DNA of 64,000 nt, taken from contig CAZBOF010000002.1 in assembly GCA_964493285.1 (NCBI GenBank), positions 6,248 to 70,247 on the forward strand, given 5' to 3'. Within the stretch, counting starts at the first letter, position 1. Each line of letters starts with the position of its first letter. This document shows positions 8,684 to 18,698 of this stretch, piece by piece. Source of the DNA: an uncultured Rhizobacter sp. GTDB lineage: Bacteria > Pseudomonadota > Gammaproteobacteria > Burkholderiales > Burkholderiaceae_C. The position numbers were made by a program, and so were the translations under genes. The notes beneath the pieces were generated by a model. The model had not been told where the DNA came from. It did no database searches and saw only the letters and a list, made by a program, of their open reading frames with translations.

Positions 8684-10156
8684 TTGAAAAGAAGTCATCA
8701 CGCGCATCACCTGCTGGCAGCAGGCATGGCGTTGTTTCTGGGCCAGGCCCAGGCCCAGGCCGTACCCACGGTCGAAGAGTTGCAGCAGCAGATCCAGGCG
8801 CTTCAGCGGGCGTTGACGAACTTGCAGCAGCAAGTGCAGTCCCGCCCGGGGTCCGGGACCCCCGCACCCCAAGGTGACGCCACCACCGAATCGGCGACCA
8901 AGGCCGACATCGAGGGCTTGCGCGCCGACCTGGAGGACTACAAGTACACCTCATCGCGCACCCGTGAGTTCAACACCGCCACGTCGAACCGGGGCCTGCG
9001 CATCGGCGGGACGGCCACGGCCACCTACTCCGCGACCGACGCGCCGTCGCCTGCCAACTCGGTCAACCCGCGCGGCAGCGGCGCCAGCAGTTCTTTCGAC
9101 GCCGGCGGCAGCCTCAACTTCTCGGGCAGCCTCTACCGCGACTACGACGAAGGCCGCAACCTCGACTACCGCCTGGCCCTGAGCTTCGGCAAGCCGCGCC
9201 TGGCCGCTGCGACGTCCAGCAACAGCCCGCGCCAGGGTGACAGCACCGTGGCCCTGACCGACGTCTATCTGCAATACGCCTTCAAGCCCACCAACGGCGG
9301 GCTGGAGAACGACAACGGCGCCATCATCGTCGGCCAGCAGAAGGTGCCCTTTGGGCTGGAGGCGCAGGTCGGTGACGAACTCAAGCCGACGGTGACCACC
9401 GCGCAGTTCCTGACGGGGTTGGGCAACATCAACGACCGCCAGATCGGCGTCGTGATCGCGGGCGACTTTCTGCCCACGGTCGACTATGGCTTCAACTACC
9501 GCGCGCCGCTGCTGGAGTACGCGCTGGGTGTCGTGAACGGCGCCGGCCCGAACACGACTGACGACAACAATTCCAAGGACTGGTTTGCCCGTGCCGCCTT
9601 CACCTTGCCGGTGGACTACTACAGCTGGTGGCGCGAACTGAAGTTCGGCGTTTCCCACTACAACGGCAAGAAGAAGCTCAACAGCACCGGCACGGGCAAC
9701 CCGTTGCTGGTGGCCAGTGCAGCCAGCCAGCGCACCGGCTTCGACATCTACTACAACCACCACCCGTTCGGCGTCACCTACGAGTTCGCTCGCGGAAAGG
9801 ACGCGGCGCTGGCCACGCCGGCTTCGCTGACCGATGGCACCACGTTGAACGTGAAGAGCCAGGGGCAGTACGTGACGCTGTTCTACAACTTCGGCGACCA
9901 GTTCAAGCGCAACCTCACCAACGTGGGCAAGTACGACGACTTCTGGCCCACCACCCAGCAGATCTATTACCGCTGGGACGCCTGGGACCCGAACCGTGCG
10001 GTCGCCGACAACGAAATCGTGAAGCACACCGTTGGCTACAACCTGTTCTTCGCGCAGACGACAAAGCTGCAGGTGGGTGTGACGCGTACCGAGTACGCCA
10101 ACCCGGCGGTGAGCGACTCCAACGAGCTGGTCGCGCGGTTCCAGTTCGGCTTCTGA
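8684..10156 (+). CDS. outer-membrane porin (OprO/OprP-like) with N-terminal coiled coil
   Basis: RBS AGGAG then TTG; signal peptide ending AQA; Gln-rich coiled coil; VGQQKVPFGLE; C-terminal beta-signal RFQFGF. Confidence 0.8.
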   Translation: MKRSHHAHHLLAAGMALFLGQAQAQAVPTVEELQQQIQALQRALTNLQQQVQSRPGSGTPAPQGDATTESATKADIEGLRADLEDYKYTSSRTREFNTATSNRGLRIGGTATATYSATDAPSPANSVNPRGSGASSSFDAGGSLNFSGSLYRDYDEGRNLDYRLALSFGKPRLAAATSSNSPRQGDSTVALTDVYLQYAFKPTNGGLENDNGAIIVGQQKVPFGLEAQVGDELKPTVTTAQFLTGLGNINDRQIGVVIAGDFLPTVDYGFNYRAPLLEYALGVVNGAGPNTTDDNNSKDWFARAAFTLPVDYYSWWRELKFGVSHYNGKKKLNSTGTGNPLLVASAASQRTGFDIYYNHHPFGVTYEFARGKDAALATPASLTDGTTLNVKSQGQYVTLFYNFGDQFKRNLTNVGKYDDFWPTTQQIYYRWDAWDPNRAVADNEIVKHTVGYNLFFAQTTKLQVGVTRTEYANPAVSDSNELVARFQFGF

Positions 10157-10187
10157 TCGCCGGCCCACCTTTCAAAGGAAATTCAGT

Positions 10188-11261
10188 ATGAAGAAGTTTG
10201 CATCTTTCGCCTCGGCCGCGCTGATCGCGCTGTCCATGAACGGCCTGGCCTGGGCCCAGGACGCGCCCAAGGTCATCCGCATCGCCTTCTCCGGTGCGGG
10301 AACCGGCGGCAAGCCCGCGGCATCTGGCACTTTGCTCGCCACGGCCCATCAGCGCGGCGTGCTGGAACGGGAGTTCGAGAAAGACGGCATCAAGATCGAG
10401 TGGACCTTCTACGTGGGCGCCGGCCCCGCCACCAACGAAGCGCTGGCCGCGCGCAAGGTCGACTTCGCGCAGCAGGGCGACCTGCCCATGATCGTGGGCC
10501 GCTCCAACGGCCTGCGCACGAAGATCATCCTGCGCCGCGAAGCATTCGGAAAGACCTATGTGGTGGTGCCCACGGCCTCCGCGGCCAAGTCGGTGGAGGA
10601 CCTCAAAGGCAAGAAGTGGGCGGTCTCCAAGGGCACGCAGAGCCAGATCATCAACGCCCGGATCCTCGGGAAGTACGGCCTCAAGCCCGAGGACGTGCGT
10701 TTGATCGACCTGAATGGCGACTCCACCCGCGCCGCGCTTTCCACCGGCAATGTCGATGCGGCCGTCTATGCGGGCAAGGACCTGGTGGCGCGCGGCCTGG
10801 TGCGGCGCATCGTCGAGATCGACGATCCCAAGATCATCGTGCCCGGCAACATCTGGGTGACCGAGGAGTTCGAGCAGAAGTACCCGCAGCTGGTGCAGCG
10901 CTTCGTCAACGTGCTGGTGGAGAACGCGGTTTGGGCCAGCGACGAGAAGAACCGCGAAGAGCAGTTCCGCCTCTGGACGAAATCCGGCTCGCCCTACATC
11001 GACGTGAAGGAAGACTTCGAGGGCGACGCGCTGCGCGACCGCCTGAACCCGCTGCTCGACGCGTATTTCTACGCCTACATCCAGCGCTCGATGGATGAGA
11101 CGAAGCAGTTCCGCTTCGTGCGCCGCGACGTGCCGCTGGAAGGCTGGATCGAACCGAAGTACCTCCAGGCGGCGCTGAAGTCGCAAGGGCTGGAAGGCTT
11201 CTGGGACGAGTTCGATGCCGACGGCAACCGCAAGCCGCGAACGGCCCGGCCGCAGCCTTGA
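10188..11261 (+). CDS. ABC substrate-binding protein, SsuA/TauA-like
   Basis: Signal peptide; GAGPATNEALAA..VDFAQQGDLP; SVEDLKGKK. Confidence 0.9.
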   Translation: MKKFASFASAALIALSMNGLAWAQDAPKVIRIAFSGAGTGGKPAASGTLLATAHQRGVLEREFEKDGIKIEWTFYVGAGPATNEALAARKVDFAQQGDLPMIVGRSNGLRTKIILRREAFGKTYVVVPTASAAKSVEDLKGKKWAVSKGTQSQIINARILGKYGLKPEDVRLIDLNGDSTRAALSTGNVDAAVYAGKDLVARGLVRRIVEIDDPKIIVPGNIWVTEEFEQKYPQLVQRFVNVLVENAVWASDEKNREEQFRLWTKSGSPYIDVKEDFEGDALRDRLNPLLDAYFYAYIQRSMDETKQFRFVRRDVPLEGWIEPKYLQAALKSQGLEGFWDEFDADGNRKPRTARPQP

Positions 11262-11292
11262 CATCCATTGACGACTGGCCGGCAAGTTTCCG

Positions 11293-12153
11293 ATGAGCAG
11301 CACGGTGGGACACGCGGGCGACACGCTGGCGCTCGCCCGGCAGGCGGGCCCGCGCGCCCGCGCCGGCGGGCCCGCAAGTGCGCCTCGCCTGGTCCGTGGC
11401 GGTGTGCGCCTCGCCCTGGGCATGATCCTGCCGCTGGCTTTGCTGGGGCTGTGGCAGTGGGCGGTCGAGCGCGTGTGGCTGCCGCCGCAACTGCTGCCGG
11501 CCCCGGCGCTGGTGTGGGAGTCGCTGCGCGAACTGCTGCGCAGCGGCGAGCTGTTCGATCATCTGCAGGTCAGTCTGGCGCGGGTGGCGTGGAGCGTGTT
11601 GTTGGGTGGCGTCCTGGGCTTGACGCTCGGGGTCGCGATGGCGCTGTCGCTCACCGTGCGCGCGTACCTGCGGCCGAGCGTCGAAGCGCTGTCCCAGTTT
11701 CCCGTCATCGGGTGGGCGCCGCTGCTGATCATCTTTGTCGGCATCGATGAAGCCTTGAAGATCACGGCGTTGACGATTGCCGTGATCGTTCCGTTCACGG
11801 TCAGTGCCTACAAGGGACTGCTGAACGTGCCGGCCGCCTGGCTCGATGTCGGCCGCGTCTACGGGTTCAGTCACTGGCAGACCCTTCGCCGCGTGGCGTT
11901 CCCAGCCGCATTGCCGAGCCTGATCGGCGGCGTGCGCCAGGGCGTGATGCAGGCCTGGCTGGCGCTGGTGTTCGTGGAGTTGCTCGTCTCCTCGGAAGGC
12001 GTCGGCTACCTGATGGTCTATGCGCGCAATCTGATGCAGCTGGACGTGGTGGTCGTGTGCATGCTGGCGGTGGGCGCGGTGGGCGTCGTGTTCGACATCC
12101 TCCTGTCGCGCCTGGAACGGCGGCTGCACCACTGGCACGTGGGGGCGTACTGA
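11293..12153 (+). CDS. ABC permease, SsuC-like (1 of 4)
   Basis: LLPAP..V, SLARVAWS, FPAALPSLIGGVRQG, ELLVSSEGVGY. Confidence 0.9.
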   Translation: MSSTVGHAGDTLALARQAGPRARAGGPASAPRLVRGGVRLALGMILPLALLGLWQWAVERVWLPPQLLPAPALVWESLRELLRSGELFDHLQVSLARVAWSVLLGGVLGLTLGVAMALSLTVRAYLRPSVEALSQFPVIGWAPLLIIFVGIDEALKITALTIAVIVPFTVSAYKGLLNVPAAWLDVGRVYGFSHWQTLRRVAFPAALPSLIGGVRQGVMQAWLALVFVELLVSSEGVGYLMVYARNLMQLDVVVVCMLAVGAVGVVFDILLSRLERRLHHWHVGAY

Positions 12154-12155
12154 GC

Positions 12156-12959
12156 ATGGCCGATTCCAAGCATGCGCTGCGGCCGCGCCGCCGTCTGCCC
12201 GACCTGCGGGGTGCGGTGCTGCCGCTGGCCTTCTTGCTGGCGTGGGAGGTGGCCACCCGCTGGAACTGGGTCGACACGCGCCTGATCGTGCCGCCGGCGG
12301 CGGTGGCGGCCGAAGCCTGGGCCTGGGTGATCGATGGCCGCCTGGTGGCGGGCCTGTCGGCCAGCCTGGCGCGCGACCTCGCCGGCTTCGTGCTGGGCGG
12401 CGTGGCGGGCGTGGGCATCGGCTTGCTGATCGGCATGTCGCGCTGGGCCGACGCCATCGCCGGGCCCACCTTCCACACGCTCAAGCACATCTCCCTGTTC
12501 GCGTGGCTGCCCCTGCTTTCGGCCTTCTTCGGGCGCGAGGACCTGGCCAAGGTGGTGTTCATCGCGCTGTCGGCGGTCTACCCAGTGGCACTGGGCACGA
12601 TCGAGGGCGTCAAGAGCATCTCCCGCAGCCAGTTCGAGGTGGCGCGCGTGTATGGCCTGGGCCGCATCCAGACACTGTGCAAGCTGGTGCTGCCGGCCGC
12701 GTCGCCGCAGATGCTGTCGGGCCTGCACTTGGCGCTGATCTACGCATGGCTGGCCACGATCGGCGGCGAGTACCTGCTGCGCGGTCCCGGCGAGGGGATC
12801 GGCAGCACGGTGATCCGCGGCCAGGCCTCGTTCCGGGTGGACCTGATCATCTTCGGGATGCTGCTCATCGGCGGCGTCGGGGCGCTGTTGAATCAGGTGG
12901 CGCTGAGGGTGGAAGCGCGCCTGCTGCGCTGGCGCGCGCCGAACCACGCGTCTGCCTGA
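12156..12959 (+). CDS. ABC permease, SsuC-like (2 of 4)
   Basis: LIVPP, SLARDLAG, VLPAASPQMLSG; ATG at 12156. Confidence 0.9.
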   Translation: MADSKHALRPRRRLPDLRGAVLPLAFLLAWEVATRWNWVDTRLIVPPAAVAAEAWAWVIDGRLVAGLSASLARDLAGFVLGGVAGVGIGLLIGMSRWADAIAGPTFHTLKHISLFAWLPLLSAFFGREDLAKVVFIALSAVYPVALGTIEGVKSISRSQFEVARVYGLGRIQTLCKLVLPAASPQMLSGLHLALIYAWLATIGGEYLLRGPGEGIGSTVIRGQASFRVDLIIFGMLLIGGVGALLNQVALRVEARLLRWRAPNHASA

Positions 12960-12990
12960 TGTGTTCTCTCTTTTCCAAGGATCTCTGCTG

Positions 12991-13911
12991 ATGGCGACGA
13001 CTCGCGTAATGACACCGCGGCTGGCAAGCCCCGACCCCGGGCGGGCTGCACCGCTCGCGCGGCCGCAGCCGGTGCGGGCGGAGCCTGCCGAGCCCCAGGT
13101 GCCGGATCCGTCGCCGCGTCGACGGGGCGGGACCGTTCTCGAGCGCGTGCGCGCGGCCGGTGCGTCGATCGCCATGGCGTGGATCGTGCCGCTGGCGCTG
13201 CTGGCGATCTGGTACGTCGCGAGCGAGTGGCATCTCGTGTCGGTCGTGCTGTTGCCGCCGCCGCAAAGCGTGGGCCTCACCTTGTACGAACTGATTGAGA
13301 ACGGGGACATCACCGCCAACCTGTCGATCAGCATGCAGCGCGTGCTGACCGGCTTTGCCGCCGGGGCGGTCGTCGGCCTGGCGCTGGGCATCGGCATGGG
13401 CTTGTCGCCGCTGGTCAAGGACTACCTCTATCCGATGGTGCATCTCTTCGCGCAGGTGCCGATCCTGGGATGGCTGCCGCTTCTGATGATGCTGGTCGGC
13501 ATCGGCGAGGCGCTGAAGCTGGTGCTCGTGGGCAAGGCCGTGCTGGTGCCGGTGGCGCTCAATACGCTGTCCGGGCTGGAGGGTGTGCCGAGGGCCTATG
13601 CCGAAGTGGCCCGCATCTTCGGCTTCAGCCGCTGGCAGATGCTGGCGCGCGTGATCTTTCCCGCGGCGCTGCCGCAGATCTGGAATGGCCTGCGCTTCGG
13701 TCTGATGAAGGCCTGGCTCGCCCTGGTGGCGGTGGAGCTGCTCGCCTCGTCCGAGGGCATCGGCTTCATGACGGCCTACGGCCGGCAGCTGATGCAGCTC
13801 GACGTGGTGCTCGCGGCCGTGGTGGTGGTGGGGCTCGTGGGATGGGGCATCGATCGCCTGCTCACGCGGGTGGAGTCGCGCCTGCTTCGCTGGCGCCCCG
13901 ATGGGTTCTGA
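12991..13911 (+). CDS. ABC permease, SsuC-like (3 of 4)
   Basis: LLPPP, ISMQRVLTG, IFPAALPQIWNGLRFG, ELLASSEGIG. Confidence 0.9.
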   Translation: MATTRVMTPRLASPDPGRAAPLARPQPVRAEPAEPQVPDPSPRRRGGTVLERVRAAGASIAMAWIVPLALLAIWYVASEWHLVSVVLLPPPQSVGLTLYELIENGDITANLSISMQRVLTGFAAGAVVGLALGIGMGLSPLVKDYLYPMVHLFAQVPILGWLPLLMMLVGIGEALKLVLVGKAVLVPVALNTLSGLEGVPRAYAEVARIFGFSRWQMLARVIFPAALPQIWNGLRFGLMKAWLALVAVELLASSEGIGFMTAYGRQLMQLDVVLAAVVVVGLVGWGIDRLLTRVESRLLRWRPDGF

Positions 13912-13917
13912 AAGGCC

Positions 13918-14715
13918 ATGCGCATGCGAACGATGAATCCTTTCGAAGCGGTACCCAAGGCCCTGCGCGGCTGGGTGATCCCGGCCACGATCATTGCGTT
14001 GTGGTGGGCTGCGTTCGAGTTCGAATGGGGCGCCTCGCGACTGCTGGTGTCCATCGGCGCGGTGCTGCAGGTCGCCTGGGAGCAGCTCTTCAGCGTGGAC
14101 TTTCATGCGTCGCTCGGCGCCAGCCTGTACCGCATGGCCATCGGCTTCGTGATCGGTTCGGTGCTCGGCTTGCTGGTCGGCGGGGCCATGGGGCTGTCGC
14201 GCACGGTCGACCGCCTGGTGGGGCCGCTGTTCCATGCGATCAAGCAGGTGTCGCACTTCGCCTGGATTCCGCTGATCTCGGTGTGGTTCGGCATGGGCGA
14301 TACGGGCAAGATCGCCTTCTTGTCGATGGCGGCGTTCTTCCCGCTGGTGCTGAACACCTTCGAGGGGGTGCGCAGCGTGGGCGCCGACCTGGTTGATGTT
14401 GCGCGCGTGTACCGCTACTCGCGCTGGCAGCTCTTCCGCCGCGTCGTGCTGCCCGCGGCCACGCCGTCCATCCTCACGGGCGTGCAGCTGGCGGTGATCT
14501 ACTCGTGGTCGGCCTGTCTGGGGGCCGAGTACCTGCTGCAAGCCGGCAAGGGCATCGGCAACGTGCTCCAGGACGGGCAGGAGCATTTCCTGATGGATCT
14601 CGTGATCTTCGGGGTGATCGTGGTCGGCCTGGTCGGCTTTCTCATCAATCGGCTGGCCCATGCGATCGAGGTTCGCCTGCTGCGGTGGTGCCGCGGCGCC
14701 GCGGCACAGTTCTGA
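13918..14715 (+). CDS. ABC permease, SsuC-like (4 of 4)
   Basis: SLYRMAIG, FAWIPLISVWFG, VLPAATPSILTG. Confidence 0.9.
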   Translation: MRMRTMNPFEAVPKALRGWVIPATIIALWWAAFEFEWGASRLLVSIGAVLQVAWEQLFSVDFHASLGASLYRMAIGFVIGSVLGLLVGGAMGLSRTVDRLVGPLFHAIKQVSHFAWIPLISVWFGMGDTGKIAFLSMAAFFPLVLNTFEGVRSVGADLVDVARVYRYSRWQLFRRVVLPAATPSILTGVQLAVIYSWSACLGAEYLLQAGKGIGNVLQDGQEHFLMDLVIFGVIVVGLVGFLINRLAHAIEVRLLRWCRGAAAQF

Positions 14716-14750
14716 GAGGCGCAACGCCTCGGTTCCTTCCGAAAGACTTC

Positions 14751-15722
14751 ATGACCCACCTGACCCACTTTGCGTTCTTGCATGCCTTTCCTTCCGAGCA
14801 GCTTGCGCTGTTCCGAGATGTGGTTCCCGAGGTGTGCTTCCTGCATGCCGAGCGTGGCGCGCTGCCGCTGGCCATCGAGGCGGTGGAGGCCGCTTCGATC
14901 GGCGGTGGCAGCTTCGATGTCGATGATCTGCTGGCCAGGGCGCCCCGGCTGCGGTGGCTGCACTCGCGCGGTGCCGGCGTCGATGCGCTGATCACGCGCC
15001 GCCTCGCCGACAGCGACGTCATCCTCACCAACAGCAGTGGCGTGCATGGCGTCAACATCGCCGAGCACCTGCTTTCGCTGATGCTGGCGTTTGCGCGGCA
15101 GCTGCCGCTGTTCGTGCGGGCGCAAGACCAGCGGGAATGGGCCAAGCCGCCGGTGGCGCAGCTGTTCGAGCTGTCGGGGCAGACCTTGGCGGTGATCGGC
15201 CTGGGTGCCATCGGCCAGGCGCTGGCCGTTCGCGCCGCCGCGCTGGGCATGCAGGTCGTCGGCGTGCGCCGCCACGCCGGCGGTGCGCTGCCCGCGGGCG
15301 TGGCGCGCCTGGTGGATGCCGCGCGCCTCGATGACGCTTTGCAGGCCGCCGACCACGTGGCCATCACGCTCCCGCTGACGGACGAGACACGCGGATTGTT
15401 CTCCCGCGGGCGCCTGCACGCGATCAAGCGCGGCGCCTACCTCTACAACATCGGGCGCGGCGCCATCGTCGACCACGATGCGCTGCTCGAGGCGCTGCGC
15501 AGCGGCCACCTCGGCGGCGCCGGGCTGGACGTGACCGACCCCGAGCCGCTGCCGGCCGAGTCGCCGCTGTGGGGCGAGCCCAATGTCCTCATCACGGCGC
15601 ACACCTCCGGGCGCACGCCCGCGTCCTTCGACCGCTACAAGGCCATCCTGGTCGACAACCTGCACCGCTTCCAACGCGGCGACATCTTGCTGAACGTCGT
15701 CGACAAGCACCTCGGCTATTGA
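14751..15722 (+). CDS. D-isomer-specific 2-hydroxyacid dehydrogenase family protein
   Basis: GAGVD, VIGLGAIG Rossmann motif, LPLTDETRGL, NIGRG, LDVTDPEPLP, TAHTSG. Confidence 0.92.
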   Translation: MTHLTHFAFLHAFPSEQLALFRDVVPEVCFLHAERGALPLAIEAVEAASIGGGSFDVDDLLARAPRLRWLHSRGAGVDALITRRLADSDVILTNSSGVHGVNIAEHLLSLMLAFARQLPLFVRAQDQREWAKPPVAQLFELSGQTLAVIGLGAIGQALAVRAAALGMQVVGVRRHAGGALPAGVARLVDAARLDDALQAADHVAITLPLTDETRGLFSRGRLHAIKRGAYLYNIGRGAIVDHDALLEALRSGHLGGAGLDVTDPEPLPAESPLWGEPNVLITAHTSGRTPASFDRYKAILVDNLHRFQRGDILLNVVDKHLGY

Positions 15723-15724
15723 CC

Positions 15725-16879
15725 ATGAAACTCTCTGCTCTCGTCCTCAGCGGGCTGGCCTTTCTGACCGTTCTCGCCCTTCCGGCCACCGCCGCGCCGG
15801 AACCTGCGCCCAAGGTGATCCGCTTCGGCATCTCCAGCCCCGGCACCGGCTACCCGCCGCGCATCTCCTTCACCTCGGTGATGGCGCTGGTGGGCGAACA
15901 GCGCGTGCTCGAGAAGGAGTTCGAGCGCGATGGCATCCGCGTGGAGTGGGTGTTCTTCAAGGGCTCCGGCCCGGCGGCGAACGAGGCCATGGCCAACGGC
16001 GGGCTCGACTTCTCCACGGTGGGCGACCTGCCCGCGGTGATTGGCCGCTCGGTGGGCATTCGCACACGCGCCATCTTGCCGACCGGGGCACGCACCAACA
16101 CCTACGTCGGCGTGCCCACCGGCTCGCCGGTGACCTCGGTCGCGCAACTGCGCGGCAAGCGGGTGGCCATCACCAAAGGCAGCGCCGGCCAGCTTTCGGC
16201 CAACCGGGTGCTGGCGGCCTACGGCATGACCGAGCGCGACATCCGGCTGATCAACCTCGATGCCGGGGCATCGCAGGCGGCCTTCGCCGCAGGCGAGCTG
16301 GATGCGATGTTCGGCAACGTGGTGCTGTTGCGGCGCCAGCAGCTGGGCCAGCTCAAGGTGATCCACAGCACGCGCGACCACGACCCGCTGGCCACCTACC
16401 AGCAGTACGTGGTCGTGCACGAGTCCTTCGCGCAGAAGTACCCCGCGATCGTCAAGCGGGTGGTCAAAGCCATCGTCCAGGCCGCGGTCTGGGGCTCGGA
16501 CGAGCGCCATCGCGATGCCACGCTCAAGCTGTGGGGCGACGTGGGCGCGGTGACCGAGGAACTGCATCGCGAAGAACTCAAGGGCGTTCCGATCGCCCAG
16601 CGCATGTCGCCGCTGTTCGACGACTTCGCCCGCGCGAAGGCGCGCGTCACGGTGGCCGATGCGCGCAAGTTCGGCCTGATCCGCCGCCCGTTCGACACCG
16701 ATGCGTGGATCGATGCCAGCTACCTCGATGCGGTCTTGAAGGAAGAAGGGCTCGTCGGCTACTGGCCCCGCTATGACGGCGAGGGCCGTCTGGTCGACGG
16801 TGGGCGGGCGTACGCGGATGCGTTGCGCCTGAACGCCGGCTTGACGGCCGCCGGAGCGAGCCCGCGCAAGGCGCCCTGA
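15725..16879 (+). CDS. ABC substrate-binding protein, SsuA/TauA-like (second copy)
   Basis: Signal peptide; GSGPAANEAMANGGLDFSTVGDLP; paralog of 10188-11261. Confidence 0.9.
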   Translation: MKLSALVLSGLAFLTVLALPATAAPEPAPKVIRFGISSPGTGYPPRISFTSVMALVGEQRVLEKEFERDGIRVEWVFFKGSGPAANEAMANGGLDFSTVGDLPAVIGRSVGIRTRAILPTGARTNTYVGVPTGSPVTSVAQLRGKRVAITKGSAGQLSANRVLAAYGMTERDIRLINLDAGASQAAFAAGELDAMFGNVVLLRRQQLGQLKVIHSTRDHDPLATYQQYVVVHESFAQKYPAIVKRVVKAIVQAAVWGSDERHRDATLKLWGDVGAVTEELHREELKGVPIAQRMSPLFDDFARAKARVTVADARKFGLIRRPFDTDAWIDASYLDAVLKEEGLVGYWPRYDGEGRLVDGGRAYADALRLNAGLTAAGASPRKAP

Positions 16880-16885
16880 GCGCGA

Positions 16886-18691
16886 TCACGCTGCGGGCGG
16901 TGCGGCGGCCTCGTCGAACGATGTCCGGCTGCCGGCATGCAACCGGGCATACAGGCCCCCCAGCGCCAGCAGCTGGGCATGGTTGCCCTGTTCGCAGATG
17001 CGTCCTTGCGCCATCACGACGATCAGGTCGGCATCGCGAACGGTGGCCAGGCGATGTGCGATGACGATCGTGGTGCGGCCCCGGCGCAGCAGCGCAAGCG
17101 CGCGCTGAATCTCCTGCTCGGTGAAGCTGTCGATGTTGGCCGTGGCCTCGTCCAGGATCAGGATCTTCGGGTCGCACAGCAAGGCGCGCGCGAAGCTCAG
17201 GAGCTGGCGCTGGCCAATCGAGAGATTGCGGCCGCGCTGGCCCAGCGGCGTGTCATAGCCTTGCGGCAGCTGTGAGATGAACGCGTGCGCGCTCACGGCC
17301 TTGGCGGCTTCGACGGCTTGCTCCCGGCTCGCCTGCGGCAGGCCGTAGCGCAGGTTGTCGAGCACGCTGCCGCTGAACAGGAAGGGCTCCTGCAGCACCA
17401 TGCCGATCTGCCGCCCGAGCGATTCCTGGGTCAGGTCCCGCACGTCGCGCCCGCCCACGCGCACCGCGCCGCGGTCGACGTCGTAGAACCGGTGCACCAG
17501 CGCGGCCAGCGTGGTCTTGCCCGAGCCCGTGGGCCCGACCAGCGCCACCGTCTGGTACGGCGCCATGCGCAGGCTCACGCCGTGCAGAACGGGCTGGCCG
17601 GCGCGGTACGAAAACGTGACGTCGTCGAAGACGATCTCCGGCGCGGCATCGCCCAGCGGCTGCGCACCGGCACGGTCGCGGATGTGCACCGGCACGTCCA
17701 GCACTTCGAAGATGCGCTGCCCCGCAGCCATGGCCCGCTGCATCACGGTGTACTGCATCGAGAGGTTGCGGATCGGGTCGAAGAATCGCTGCACGTAGAA
17801 GAGGTAGGCCACCATCACGCCCAGGCCGAGGTCGGAGGAAAGCACCGCCTGGGCGCCGGCCACCACCACCACGGCCATCGCGACGCCGGTGAGCAGGTCC
17901 ACCGCCGGCACCATCACCTGAGACACGTAGGACGAGGCGGTCTGTGCGGACTGGTTCTCCCGTGCCTTGACTTCGTAGCGCTGCAGGTTCAGCGCCTCGC
18001 GCCGGTTCTCCTGGACGGTGCGGATGCCGTTGATGTTCTCCGCCAGCGCCGCATTCACGCTGGAAGACGCTTCGCGCGCACGCATGAACACCGTGCGGGC
18101 CCACGGCATCCAGGCCAGGCGCATGGCCACCAGCACCGGCAGCACGGCGAGCGTGAGCGCGCCCAGCTTCAGGTCCATCCACAACAGCACTGCGACGATG
18201 CCCACCAGCAGGCAGAAGTCGCCGAGCGCGGACACCGAGTTCTCCATGAACTCCTGGAGTGCGTTCACGTCGCCGGCCAGGCGGGCCATCAGGCGCCCGA
18301 CCTGCGTGCGCTCCAGCGTCGACAGCGAGACCGCCTGCAAATGGGCGAACATGGCCCGGCGCAGGTCGAAGATGATGCGCTGTGCGAGCCGTGCGGCGAC
18401 CCACTCTTGCAAGAAATTGAAGACGGCGTTGGCCGCGATCAATGTGGCGAACCACAGCATCACCGTGGCCAGAGGCCAGGCGGACTGGCCGGCCATGCTG
18501 TCGACCGCGTGGCGCACCACCGCCGGAATCGCCAACTGGATTGCGGTGTAGCCGAGCACCGACGCGACCGCGCCCCACAACACCCCGGCATGGGGGCGGA
18601 TGAAGGCCCAGAGGCGAGACACCACCCGGGTGTCGAAGCGCTGGAAGACTTCCTCGCTGCGGTCGATCTCGTCATGCATGCGGTTGTCCAT
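16886..18691 (-). CDS. ABC exporter half-transporter (TMD+NBD)
   Basis: GPTGSGKT, LSIGQRQ, ILDEAT, IAHRL. Confidence 0.93.
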   Translation of the reverse strand: MDNRMHDEIDRSEEVFQRFDTRVVSRLWAFIRPHAGVLWGAVASVLGYTAIQLAIPAVVRHAVDSMAGQSAWPLATVMLWFATLIAANAVFNFLQEWVAARLAQRIIFDLRRAMFAHLQAVSLSTLERTQVGRLMARLAGDVNALQEFMENSVSALGDFCLLVGIVAVLLWMDLKLGALTLAVLPVLVAMRLAWMPWARTVFMRAREASSSVNAALAENINGIRTVQENRREALNLQRYEVKARENQSAQTASSYVSQVMVPAVDLLTGVAMAVVVVAGAQAVLSSDLGLGVMVAYLFYVQRFFDPIRNLSMQYTVMQRAMAAGQRIFEVLDVPVHIRDRAGAQPLGDAAPEIVFDDVTFSYRAGQPVLHGVSLRMAPYQTVALVGPTGSGKTTLAALVHRFYDVDRGAVRVGGRDVRDLTQESLGRQIGMVLQEPFLFSGSVLDNLRYGLPQASREQAVEAAKAVSAHAFISQLPQGYDTPLGQRGRNLSIGQRQLLSFARALLCDPKILILDEATANIDSFTEQEIQRALALLRRGRTTIVIAHRLATVRDADLIVVMAQGRICEQGNHAQLLALGGLYARLHAGSRTSFDEAAAPPAA

Positions 18692-18698
18692 GTCGCGC

